The notes beneath the pieces were generated by a model that saw only the letters and a program-made list of their open reading frames with translations, had not been told where the DNA came from and searched no databases. Shown here one piece after another: positions 9,375 through 18,788 of a stretch of 64,000 bases of DNA; the first letter of the stretch is position 1; the number at the start of each line of letters is the position of its first letter. The position numbers were made by a program, and so were the translations under genes. The stretch spans positions 16,661 through 80,660 of the forward strand of contig JAIBBJ010000199.1 of the NCBI GenBank assembly GCA_019694735.1, read 5' to 3'. The DNA comes from Gemmatimonadaceae bacterium (GTDB taxonomy: Bacteria > Gemmatimonadota > Gemmatimonadetes > Gemmatimonadales > Gemmatimonadaceae).

Positions 9375-11080
9375 AGTTCCCCCTTCTTCATCCGGTCCAC
9401 CGCCCCCGCGACGGCGCGGGCGGTGAGCGCCATGTAGGTGATGCTCGGGTTCTGGCAGGCGGAACTCGCCATGCACGCACCGTCGGTCACGTGGACGTTC
9501 GGCACCTCCCAGAGCGCGTTGTTCGCGTCACAGACGGAGACGTCGGCGCTGCGGCCCATGCGGGCGCCCCCCATCTCATGGATGCAATGGCCGGGCGGGT
9601 TCCCCGACCGCGTCTCGCGGATCCCGGTCGCGCCGGCCGCCTCGAGCATCTCGACGGCGGTGCGCACCATGTCCTCCTGCATCCTGCGCTCGTTGTCGCC
9701 CCACCGGCAGGTGATGCGCAGCGCGGGGATCCCCCACTTGTCCTTCACCTGCGGGTCGAGCGCGAGCGCGTTGGTCGCGACCGGGAGCGTCTCGCCCCAG
9801 CCGTGGATGCCGATGCCCCAGGTCGGGTCGAGCTCGGTGAGCAGCCTGGCCTTGAAGGCCGCGCCATGGCCCGCGCCGCTCCAGCTGCCGCGACCCCCGG
9901 CACCCCCCTGCATGCCGTAGCCGCGCAGGAAGTCCGGGTGCTGGCCGCTCGTCTGCGTGTTGCGGAACCGCGCGACGTACATCCCGTTCGGCCGGCTGCC
10001 GACGCTCTTGTACGCCTCGAAGCCGGCCATCCGGCCGCTCGCACCCCAGTAGTAATGGTGGTCCATGATGTACCGTCCGAGCGTGCCGCTCGCGTTCCCC
10101 ATGCCGTTCGGATGGGCCGCGCTCGTGGAATGCATCAGGATGCGCACCGACTCGAACGCCGACGCGCAGAGGAAGACCACCCGCGCCTCGTACACCGTCT
10201 CGGCCATCGTGCGGGCGTCGATCACCCGCACGCCCTTCGCCCGGCCCGTGCGCGGGTCGTGCACGACCTCGCTCACCACCGACCAGGGGCGCAGCGTGAG
10301 CCGTCCGGTCCGCTGGGCCGCGGGGAGCGTCGCGCCGATGGACGAGAAGTACGAGTGCGTGATGCAGCCCCGTTCGCAGGGGCCGCAGTAGTGGCAGGCG
10401 GCGCGGCCGTTGTGTGGCTGCGTGAGGATGGCCGCGCGACCGATGGTCCACACGCGCTGGCCGCCGAACGCCTTCAGCACCTTCTCGCGGGTGTGCCGTT
10501 CGACCACCGACATCGACATCGGCGGGAGGAACTCCCCGTCCGGGAGCTGGGCGAGCCCCTCGGCGGCGCCGCTCACGCCGATGAACCGCTCGACGTGCGA
10601 GTACCAGGGGGCGAGGTCGGCGTAGCGGATCGGCCAGTCGTTGCCGTGGCCGTCCTTCGCGTTGGCCTCGAAGTCGAGGTCGCTCCAGCGGTAGACCTGG
10701 CGGCCCCAGGTGATGGACCGGCCGCCGACCTGGCGGCCGCGGAACCAGCGGAACGGGGCGTCGTCCGGCGTCGTGTACGGGTTCTCGCGGTCGTTCACGA
10801 AGAACTTGCCGCTGTACTCGTCGCAGGCGTAGCACTCGCGCTGGATGGGCTGGTCGCGCTCGAGCGCCCAGCGGTCACCGTAGCCGCGGTAGCGGAGCTG
10901 ATGCGGCTGGACGTGCTCCACGTAGTCGGTCGCGGGGTCCACCGGGCCGCCGGCCTCGAGCACGAGGGTCTCGAGGCCGCGCTCCGTGAGCTCCTTCGCC
11001 GCCCAGCCGCCGCTGATGCCGGAGCCGACGACGATCGCGTCGAACCGGCGGCGCTGCACCGTGGGGCGCTCAGTGGCCAT
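9371..11080 (-). CDS. GMC family FAD oxidoreductase (glycoside 3-dehydrogenase-like catalytic subunit)
   Basis: FDAIVVGSGISGGWAAKEL FAD motif; GRQVGGRSITWGRQ; CHYCGPCERGC Fe-S motif; HEMGGARMG; CQNPSITYMALTARA. Confidence 0.9.
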   Translation of the reverse strand: MATERPTVQRRRFDAIVVGSGISGGWAAKELTERGLETLVLEAGGPVDPATDYVEHVQPHQLRYRGYGDRWALERDQPIQRECYACDEYSGKFFVNDRENPYTTPDDAPFRWFRGRQVGGRSITWGRQVYRWSDLDFEANAKDGHGNDWPIRYADLAPWYSHVERFIGVSGAAEGLAQLPDGEFLPPMSMSVVERHTREKVLKAFGGQRVWTIGRAAILTQPHNGRAACHYCGPCERGCITHSYFSSIGATLPAAQRTGRLTLRPWSVVSEVVHDPRTGRAKGVRVIDARTMAETVYEARVVFLCASAFESVRILMHSTSAAHPNGMGNASGTLGRYIMDHHYYWGASGRMAGFEAYKSVGSRPNGMYVARFRNTQTSGQHPDFLRGYGMQGGAGGRGSWSGAGHGAAFKARLLTELDPTWGIGIHGWGETLPVATNALALDPQVKDKWGIPALRITCRWGDNERRMQEDMVRTAVEMLEAAGATGIRETRSGNPPGHCIHEMGGARMGRSADVSVCDANNALWEVPNVHVTDGACMASSACQNPSITYMALTARAVAGAVDRMKKGEL

Positions 11081-11648
11081 GCGCGCTCCCCGCCGGGGTC
11101 GCGTGCACCGGCACGTCGCCCCGGTACTCGCCGGGCATGATCCGCACCTTGAGCACGTCGCGCCGCACGCGCTCGCTCGTGAGGTAGCCGTGCAGCACAT
11201 GGCCGCGGAGCCGTCGGTAGGCGCGCTTGGCCGGGACGCCGGCGTCGAGCGCCGACGACGCCCAGTCGAGCTCGCCGAGGCGCTGCACGGGGTCGAGGGC
11301 CGGCCAGCGGAGGCCGTAGCCGTCCACCGCATGCCGCTCGAACGCGGCGAGCCCATCGCGGAACTCCGTGCGCTCCGCCTCGCTCATCCACTCGGCGGTG
11401 ATGAGCTCGACGAACGCGGGCACGTTCACGTCGAGCGCCCCCGGGGTGTCCGTGCGCGGCAGGATCGCGTCGGCGACGGCGGCGACGAGGGCCCGCTCGT
11501 CGGGGCGGAAGAGGCGCGGCGGCTGCTGCGCGGCCTGCGCGTGCACGAGGCGCTCCCAGCCATCGGTCGCCCCTTCGGCGCGGGCGAGCGAGGGGAGCGC
11601 GGCGAGGCCGGCCAGCTGCAGCAGCGCGCGGCGCGAGAATGTGGTCAT
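11070..11648 (-). CDS. Gluconate 2-dehydrogenase subunit 3 family protein (Tat-exported partner of the GMC enzyme)
   Basis: MTTFSRRALL Tat signal; ADAILPRTDTPGA..VNVPAFVE; GYLTSE; 11-bp overlap with the GMC gene. Confidence 0.85.
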   Translation of the reverse strand: MTTFSRRALLQLAGLAALPSLARAEGATDGWERLVHAQAAQQPPRLFRPDERALVAAVADAILPRTDTPGALDVNVPAFVELITAEWMSEAERTEFRDGLAAFERHAVDGYGLRWPALDPVQRLGELDWASSALDAGVPAKRAYRRLRGHVLHGYLTSERVRRDVLKVRIMPGEYRGDVPVHATPAGSAHGH

Positions 11649-11804
11649 GCCCAACGTTGCATCACGGCCACGGGGGGCGGCAACCCGCGGCGCGGGTCCG
11701 CGCGGACGGCCGGACAACCTTCCGGGCCGCGCCGGCGGTCCAACGGAGGATGCGGCGGCCGCCCGCGTGTGCCACATTCTCCCCACTCCCTTCGCCCCGA
11801 CCCG

Positions 11805-14147
11805 ATGCTCACCGTCGCGCTCGCCCTCGCCGTCACGCTCGCCGACCCGCCGGTCCACAACGGCCGGAGCGGCCAGACGAAGGTCACGCCGCCGCGCCTG
11901 GCGGCGGAGGTCGTCGTGGACGGCAACCTCACGGAGCCGGTGTGGCAGCAGGCGGCGGTGCTGACGGGCTTCTCGCAGTTCTCGCCGCAGGACGGCATCC
12001 CGGCGGCGGACTCGACGCGCATCCTCGTCTGGTACTCCGCGACCGCCATCCACTTCGGCGTCCGCGCCTACGAGCCGCACGGCACGGTGCGCGCGACGCT
12101 CGCCGAGCGCGACCGGATCTCGGCGGACGACCATATCCAGTTCCTGATCGGCACCTTCAACGACGGCCGGCAGGCGGTGATGTTCGCGGTGAACCCGTTC
12201 GGCGTGCAGGCCGACGGCGCGCTGGTGGAGCAGGGGAACCGCTCCGGCGGCTTCATGAGCGGCGGCGCGACCGCCGCGCGCGAGAGCGCCGACCTCTCGC
12301 AGGACTACGTCTTCCAGTCCAAGGGGCACCTCACGGACTTCGGGTACGAGGTCGAGCTGACGATCCCGTTCAAGAGCCTGCGCTTCCAGTCCACCGCCGA
12401 GCAGACGTGGGGCTTCAACGTGGTGCGGCGCGTGCAGCACTCCAACTACGAGGATTCGTGGACGCCGGCGTTGCGCGCGAACGCGAGCTTCCTCGCGCAG
12501 TCGGGGACGCTCGCCGGGCTCACCGACCTGCACCGCGGGCTCGTGCTCGACGTCACGCCGGAGCTCACCGACCGCGTGGACGGCACCCCGGGCGCCGCGG
12601 CCTGGGGTTACCGCACCGCGGACCCGCAGCTCGGCGCGACCGTGCGCTGGGGCATCACCAACAACCTCACGTTCAACGGCACGTTCAACCCCGACTTCTC
12701 CCAGGTCGAGGCCGACGCGAACCAGCTGAACTTCGACCCGCGCCGTGCGGTGCAGATCCCCGAGCGGCGGCCCTTCTTCATCGACGGCATCGAGCAGTTC
12801 CAGACGCCGAACGGCCTCGTCTACACGCGCCGCATCGTGCAGCCGCAGGCCGCCGGGAAGGTGTCGGGGAAGATGGGCGCCACCAACGTCGCCCTGATGA
12901 CCGCGGTGGATGACCGCGTCGCGTCGTCGAGCGGGCAGGACTCGCCGATCTTCAACATCCTGCGCCTCTCGCGCGACCTCGGCCGCCAGTCGCGGCTCGC
13001 GATGACCTACACCGACCGCATCGACGGCGACAACAGCAACCGGGTGCTCAGCGTGGACGGCCGCGGCGTGCTGGGGCGGATCTACTCCGGCAGCTTCCAG
13101 GTCGCCGGGGCCCGCACCGTGCGCAACGGCACCACCACGACGGCGCCGCTCTTCGACGTCCGGGCGAACCGCGACGGCCGCGCCTTCGGCGTCCGCTCCC
13201 AGTTCAGCGGCATCGACCGGGACTTCCTCACGCAGTCGGGGTTCATCGGCCGCACGGGCGAGGTCCACGCCAGCGTCGCCCCGCGCTACACCTGGTTCTT
13301 CGAGCGCGGGTCGCGCGTCGAGACCTTCTCGTACTCGATGCTGTTCGACGGGACGTGGAACTACGACCGCTTCATGCAGCGTGGCGACGCGCGCGACAAG
13401 AAGATGCACTTCAACGCGAGCACGCTGCTGCGCGGCGGTTGGACCCTCGGCGGCTCGCTGCTGGTCGAGACCTTCGGCTACGACCCGACCTTCTACGCCG
13501 ACCTCTACCGCATCGAGGCCCCCGACGGCCTCGGCGGGCTCGACACGCTCCCGTTCGTCGGCACGCCCCGCCTGCCCAACCGCGACTGGGTGCTCAGCTT
13601 CACCTCGCCGCGCTTCAAGTACTTCCAGGCCAGCGGATCCTGGGTGTGGGGCCAGGACGAGAACTTCTTCGAGTGGGCCTCGGCGGACATCCTCTACGCC
13701 CAGCTCACGCTGAACGCGCGGCCCTCCGAGCGCATCCGCGTGGATGCCACGTACCAGATCCAGGAGTACAAGCGGAAGTCGGACGGGTCGCTGGTCGGCA
13801 CGACGCGGAATCCGCGCGTGAAGCTCGAGTACCAGGTCTCGCGGCCGTTCTTCGTGCGCGTGATCGGGGAGTACGTCGCGGTCGCGACCGACGCGCTCCG
13901 CGACGACACGCGCACCGGCTTCCCGCTGCTGCAGCGGACCGGGAGCGGCGTCTACGTGCGGACGACGCCGTCGCAGACGAACAGCCTGCGCGGCGACCTG
14001 CTGCTCGCGTACACCCCGCAGCCCGGCACGGTCGTCTACCTCGGCTACGGTGCGCGCATGTTCGAGCCGGAGCCGTTCCGGTACCAGCACCTCGCGCGCC
14101 AGAGCGACGCGGTCTTCCTGAAGCTGTCGTACCTCTTCCGGCGCTGA
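11805..14147 (+). CDS. DUF5916 / CBM9-like sugar-binding domain protein with probable C-terminal outer-membrane beta-barrel
   Basis: Signal peptide; VDGNLTEPVW; FAVNPFGVQAD; YEVELTIPFKSLRF; NPDFSQVEAD; ERRPFF; C-terminal LKLSYLF. Confidence 0.8.
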   Translation: MLTVALALAVTLADPPVHNGRSGQTKVTPPRLAAEVVVDGNLTEPVWQQAAVLTGFSQFSPQDGIPAADSTRILVWYSATAIHFGVRAYEPHGTVRATLAERDRISADDHIQFLIGTFNDGRQAVMFAVNPFGVQADGALVEQGNRSGGFMSGGATAARESADLSQDYVFQSKGHLTDFGYEVELTIPFKSLRFQSTAEQTWGFNVVRRVQHSNYEDSWTPALRANASFLAQSGTLAGLTDLHRGLVLDVTPELTDRVDGTPGAAAWGYRTADPQLGATVRWGITNNLTFNGTFNPDFSQVEADANQLNFDPRRAVQIPERRPFFIDGIEQFQTPNGLVYTRRIVQPQAAGKVSGKMGATNVALMTAVDDRVASSSGQDSPIFNILRLSRDLGRQSRLAMTYTDRIDGDNSNRVLSVDGRGVLGRIYSGSFQVAGARTVRNGTTTTAPLFDVRANRDGRAFGVRSQFSGIDRDFLTQSGFIGRTGEVHASVAPRYTWFFERGSRVETFSYSMLFDGTWNYDRFMQRGDARDKKMHFNASTLLRGGWTLGGSLLVETFGYDPTFYADLYRIEAPDGLGGLDTLPFVGTPRLPNRDWVLSFTSPRFKYFQASGSWVWGQDENFFEWASADILYAQLTLNARPSERIRVDATYQIQEYKRKSDGSLVGTTRNPRVKLEYQVSRPFFVRVIGEYVAVATDALRDDTRTGFPLLQRTGSGVYVRTTPSQTNSLRGDLLLAYTPQPGTVVYLGYGARMFEPEPFRYQHLARQSDAVFLKLSYLFRR

Positions 14148-14226
14148 CGGGCCGGCCGCGCGCGGGGGCGGTCCCGGCGCCGCGGCCGCCCGGGTCAGGT
14201 CCGCGCGGGGCGCAGGTCAGGTCCCC

Positions 14227-16539
14227 TCATCCGGCGCGGCGGACCGCGGGGGCGGCCGCGGGCGCGAGCGCCTCGCGCACCGCGGTCGCGAGCAGCAGCC
14301 CGGCGGCGTGCGCCGGGACGATCGCGCGGAACCCGACCTCACCCGCCCACGCGAGCATCGCCGGGTCCTGCTGCTCGGTGCAGGCGACGCAGGGCGCGCC
14401 GCCGTCGCCGGCCAGCGCCTGCACGAGCGCGAAGCCGTCGAGGGCGGGGAGCACGAGGTCGGTGACCACGACGCTCGGTCGCAGGCGCCGCGCATAGGCG
14501 AGCGCGGCCGCGCCATCGGCCGCCTCCACCACCGCGATCCCGGCGTTCTCGAGCGCATCGCGCCATGCCCGCCGCTCCTCCCGCACCTCGTGCACCACGA
14601 GCGCGCGCGGGGCATCCTGCGGCAGCGGGCGCGCGGGGCGCGGCCCGATGCGCGTGTAGCGCACGGACGGCACCGGCGGCGCGCCCTCGGCCGCCGCGCC
14701 GGACGCCGCCGGGATGGGCATCGCGAACGCCGGGTGCGTGCCGCCCGCCGCGGGTCTCGCCGAGGCCGCCGCCGGGGCGGCCGCCGGCGCCGGCCGACCG
14801 AGCATCCGCGCGACGACCGCGTCCACGTCGCTCTGGTCCGATGACTGCTCCTCGACCGGCGCCGGAACGTTGTCGATCAGCTCCTGCACCGAGGTCAGGC
14901 CCTCCACGACGCGCCGGAGGCCGGCCTCCCACATCGGGATCATGCCGGCGCGCTTCGCGAGGTTCACCAGTTCGACGCGGTCCTCGCGCCGCGCGATCGC
15001 GGAGCGCAGGTCGTCCGAGACCAGCAGGACCTCGGCCACCACCATCCGGCCCCGGTAGCCGGTGCCGCGGCACGCGTCGCAACCCACGGCGCAGCGGAGC
15101 TTCTCCGTCTTGCGGCCGATCATCAGCATCTGCTGCGTGACCGGCAGGTCGGCGAGCTCGATCGGGCGGGCGCACGCGTCGCAGAGCCGGCGCACGAGGC
15201 GCTGGGCCACCACCCCCTTCAGCGCGCCGGAGAGCGCACCCATGTCCACGCCGATGTCGGCGAGGCGGCCGATCGCGCTCGGGGCGTCGATCGTGTGCAG
15301 CGTCGAGAGCACCAGATGGCCGGTCAGGCCCGCCTTCACCGCGATCCCGGCCGTCTCGGCGTCACGGATCTCGCCGACGAGGATCACGTCCGGGTCCTGC
15401 CGCACGATCGAGCGCAGCGCGGTGGCGAAGTCGAGTCCCGCCTTCTCGTTCACCTGGACCTGGTTGATCCCCTCGAGGTGGTACTCGATCGGGTCCTCGA
15501 CGGTGACGATGTTCGTCTCGCCGGTGCGGCATTGCTCGAGCGCGGAGTAGAGCGTGGTCGTCTTGCCGGAGCCGGTGGGGCCCGTGACCAGCACCATCCC
15601 CTCATTGGCGCCGAGGAGCTGGCTGACGCGGTGCGTCTCGCTCGGCATGAAGCCGAGGGCGTCGAGGCCGCGCGTCGCCGAGTGGGCGTCGAGCAGGCGG
15701 ACGACCGCCTTCTCGTAGCGGTCGCCGAGGGGCAGGGTGGAGACGCGGAGGTCCACGTCGCGGCCGTCGAAGCGCGTGCTCGCGCGGCCGTCCTGCGGCC
15801 GCCGGCGGTCGGCGATGTCGAGGCCGGCGAGGATCTTGAGCCGGCTCATCAGCAGTGGCGCGACGTCCGCGCTCACCCGCGTGACATCGTGCAGCACGCC
15901 GTCCACGCGGTAGCGGACGAGCAGCTCGTCGTCCTTCGGCTCGAAGTGGACGTCGCTGGCCCGCTGGTCGAGCGCATCGGCGATGAGGCGGTCGAGCGAG
16001 TCCACCACGGCGCCGCGGTTGGGCAGCGTGCGGCGGCCCGTCGGGCCCTCCTTGACGATCCATTCGAGGCGCGACGGCGCCTGCACCGCCTGCGACGGCC
16101 GGCCGCCGTAGATCTTCTGGCTCGCCGCCCGCTGCGCGGCCGGCGAGCAGACGGTGATGCGCACCTGCCGCGCCGACGCGAACGACAGGTCGCGCTCGAG
16201 ATGCGGCACGAGCGGGTTCGAGGTTGCGACCTCGAGCACGGGCCCTTCCTCGCGCACCGGGATCACGCCGTAGCGCTGCGCGAGGTGCGGGGCGAGGAGG
16301 TGCGCGGTCTCGCGCGAGACGCCCTCGAGGTGCGCCGGCGACGCCCCGGAGAGCGCGCAGGCCACTTCGGTGAGCTCCGCAGTGGTCGCGCCCGCCGCCT
16401 CGAGCGCCTCCCAGGCGCTCGCGGCGGGCTTGAGCTGGTCGGCGGCCTTGTGCCCCTGCTGGCGCATCGCGTCCAGCAGCCACCGGTCGGTCCACGGGAT
16501 GCGAGCCTCGCGGCTGGCCTTCGAATCGGGCTCGGTCAT
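14227..16539 (-). CDS. GspE/PilB family secretion/pilus ATPase with C-terminal receiver-like domain
   Basis: T2SSE N-domain; Walker A GPTGSGKTTT; TVEDPIEY; Walker B ILVGEIRD; HLVLSTLHT; two CDAC zinc motifs; C-terminal REC (VVTDLVLP). Confidence 0.9.
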   Translation of the reverse strand: MTEPDSKASREARIPWTDRWLLDAMRQQGHKAADQLKPAASAWEALEAAGATTAELTEVACALSGASPAHLEGVSRETAHLLAPHLAQRYGVIPVREEGPVLEVATSNPLVPHLERDLSFASARQVRITVCSPAAQRAASQKIYGGRPSQAVQAPSRLEWIVKEGPTGRRTLPNRGAVVDSLDRLIADALDQRASDVHFEPKDDELLVRYRVDGVLHDVTRVSADVAPLLMSRLKILAGLDIADRRRPQDGRASTRFDGRDVDLRVSTLPLGDRYEKAVVRLLDAHSATRGLDALGFMPSETHRVSQLLGANEGMVLVTGPTGSGKTTTLYSALEQCRTGETNIVTVEDPIEYHLEGINQVQVNEKAGLDFATALRSIVRQDPDVILVGEIRDAETAGIAVKAGLTGHLVLSTLHTIDAPSAIGRLADIGVDMGALSGALKGVVAQRLVRRLCDACARPIELADLPVTQQMLMIGRKTEKLRCAVGCDACRGTGYRGRMVVAEVLLVSDDLRSAIARREDRVELVNLAKRAGMIPMWEAGLRRVVEGLTSVQELIDNVPAPVEEQSSDQSDVDAVVARMLGRPAPAAAPAAASARPAAGGTHPAFAMPIPAASGAAAEGAPPVPSVRYTRIGPRPARPLPQDAPRALVVHEVREERRAWRDALENAGIAVVEAADGAAALAYARRLRPSVVVTDLVLPALDGFALVQALAGDGGAPCVACTEQQDPAMLAWAGEVGFRAIVPAHAAGLLLATAVREALAPAAAPAVRRAG

Positions 16540-16764
16540 CAGGGTCGTCCGGTGGTCGTGCCCGGCGCCGCCCGCGCAGCAGCGCCGGCGGTGCACCGAG
16601 GTGCATGGGGCCATCGGCCTGCGGGCGTGGCCGCGGGTCCCGACGGATGCTCTCAGTGTCGTCCACGGCCGAGGGTTCTTTACCCGTGGTCCATCTTCCC
16701 GCCAATGGAACGGCCGGGCACCCGTCGGGGCGCCCGGCCGTCTACCCGCGGCCCGAAGGTCGGG

Positions 16765-18525
16765 CTATTCGAGGGCCGCCCGCGCCTTCGCATGCGCGGC
16801 GCGCACCGCCGTCTGCGCGCGCGAGATCGCCGCCCGCGTCTCCGGCGACGCCCCCCCGACCTCCACCTCGGTGAAGGCGCCGAGCGCCGCGACGTACCAC
16901 GCGGTCCACGTCTCGAGCAGGTCCTCCTCGGTGGCGCGCGGACCGCCGGCGGCGATCGCCGCACGGCTCAGCGCGGCCTCAGCCGCGAGGCGGCGCTCGG
17001 CCGCTCCGGTGACCTCGGCGATGAGTCCGCGGGTCGTGGCCCCGTCGGCCGAGGAGAGGGCGAGCGCCGTCACGAGGGCGGTGATCCCGACGTTGCGCAG
17101 CTCGTCCGGCGACACCTTGTCGAGCCGGTCGCCGTCGGTGTGGTAGAACTCGTCGGTGAAGTGCCAGAGCAGCAGGCCGGGCTTCTTCGCCTTCAGGAAG
17201 GGCGTGTGGTCCGAGCCGCCCTCGAACGGGTTCGTGCGGACCACCCATCCGTTCGTCGCCGCCTGCTCCAGCGCCCGCCCCAGCACGACGTCATTGAAGT
17301 AGTGCGGCGTCAGGTCGGCCTTCGTGAGCGGACTCCCGCCCCACGCGGTGTGATGGTCGTCGCCGCGCGTCCAGATCGCGGAAGGGTCGGGCATCTTCTC
17401 GATGAGGAAGGTGCCGCCCGTCTTCTGCGTGTCCTCGCCGACCATGTCGAGGGAGAGCCCCCACCGGATGCCGCGTGCCCGCGCCGTATCCTGCGTGATG
17501 TAGCGGTCGGTGGAGCGGATCTCGAGGCCCCAGAGGAACGTGATCGTGCGCGCCGGCGCCACGCGGCCGTCGCGCACGAGCTGCGCGGCCACGCGCGCCA
17601 TCTCCACCTGCGCCCCCACGCCGGAGGCGTTGTCGTTCGCGCCCGGTTCCTGCACGTGCGCACTCAGCACGAACCGCTCGTCCGGCGCACCCGCCCCGCG
17701 CACCTCGGCGACGACCGCCTGCTCGACCGCGTCCGGGGTCCAGCGCACGTCCGCGGCGACGTGGACGCGCAGCGGCGTGCCGGCGGCGCGGGCGCGCGCC
17801 ATGGCGGCGCGCAGCCGCTCGTGCGCCGCGTACGAGAGCTGGATCCCGAACGCCTTGGCGGCCGTGTCACGCGGCACCGAGCCGAACTGGATGGACTGCT
17901 GATGCACGCTGGGCCGCAGGTATTCGGGGAGCGCGTACCCGATCACGCCGAGCGCGCCGCCCCTGGTCACCGCTTCCGTGAAGGCGCGGCCCGCGCCGCC
18001 CTGCACGAGGACGAGCTTGCCGCGCACGCGGGCCTGCGCGACCTCGGACGGCGTGCCGCGGCCGACGTCCACCAGCTCGGCGGTGATGCCGCCGGCGGGG
18101 GTCGCGAACGAGTTCGTCGCGAGCATGTTCCGGTTGGTCGCGAACCGGAGGAGCGGTTCGGCCTCGCCGACGATCGCGAGCTCGGCGTCGACCGGCTCCC
18201 ACGCGGGCGCGGCCATCGGGTAGCGCTCCACGCGGTAGGTGAGACGGGTCCCGGCCGGCGCCCGATCCTCGCGGACGTAGCCCGCCGCCTCCAGGCGCTC
18301 GACGAGGTGCGCGATGGAGGCGTCGAACCCGCGGTTGCCCGGCCAGCGAACGAACTGGTCGAGGAAGGCGACCGTGCGGAAGGCCGAGTCGCCGGAGAAG
18401 CGCGGGGCGACGAGGGCGTGGAGCGGGGCGGTGGGGGAGCCGGCCGCTGCCGGCTGCGCGGCGGCGGCGAGCGGGACCGAAGCGAGGCCGGCGAGCGCGG
18501 CCGTGAGGCGGGCAGGGAGGCGCAT
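16765..18525 (-). CDS. Secreted M28 family metallopeptidase with PA-like domain
   Basis: Signal peptide from ATG 18525; SAHVQEPGANDNASG, LSLDMVG, GGSDHTPF, YHTDGD. Confidence 0.8.
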   Translation of the reverse strand: MRLPARLTAALAGLASVPLAAAAQPAAAGSPTAPLHALVAPRFSGDSAFRTVAFLDQFVRWPGNRGFDASIAHLVERLEAAGYVREDRAPAGTRLTYRVERYPMAAPAWEPVDAELAIVGEAEPLLRFATNRNMLATNSFATPAGGITAELVDVGRGTPSEVAQARVRGKLVLVQGGAGRAFTEAVTRGGALGVIGYALPEYLRPSVHQQSIQFGSVPRDTAAKAFGIQLSYAAHERLRAAMARARAAGTPLRVHVAADVRWTPDAVEQAVVAEVRGAGAPDERFVLSAHVQEPGANDNASGVGAQVEMARVAAQLVRDGRVAPARTITFLWGLEIRSTDRYITQDTARARGIRWGLSLDMVGEDTQKTGGTFLIEKMPDPSAIWTRGDDHHTAWGGSPLTKADLTPHYFNDVVLGRALEQAATNGWVVRTNPFEGGSDHTPFLKAKKPGLLLWHFTDEFYHTDGDRLDKVSPDELRNVGITALVTALALSSADGATTRGLIAEVTGAAERRLAAEAALSRAAIAAGGPRATEEDLLETWTAWYVAALGAFTEVEVGGASPETRAAISRAQTAVRAAHAKARAALE

Positions 18526-18579
18526 GCCGGAACCTACCGCGACTGGCGCCGCGCGGCGATGCCGATTACTCCTTCGGCA

Positions 18580-18666
18580 CAGCCGCCAGGGGTACTCCGC
18601 ACGGTGCGGGGTTGAGAAAGTCCCTTGGAACCTGACCCGGTCAACACCGGCGTAGGGAGTGCGGCG
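18580..18666 (+). promoter_or_regulatory. TPP (thiamine pyrophosphate) riboswitch
   Basis: GGGG..TGAGA..CCCTT-GGAACCTGA-CCGG(TCAACA)CCGG-CGTAGGGA core; P1 GCCGC(18582-86)/GCGGC(18661-65); P3 CTCCGCAC/GTGCGGGG; about 120 nt upstream of a TonB receptor. Confidence 0.9.
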
Positions 18667-18788
18667 AGTGTCGCGTCCGCGTTCTCGGGCCGCGTCACCC
18701 GCTCGCCGGGTGCGCGGCCCTTCGTCGTCGAAGGGGGCGTCCCGGCGGGGCCCGTCACTCCGGACACCTTCTCCCCCGAGGCTCCGGC

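Noticed and set aside
14193-14224. 10-bp direct repeat GGTCAGGTCC x2 between convergent genes
   Set aside because: Short, GC-rich and located at gene 3' ends; likely chance
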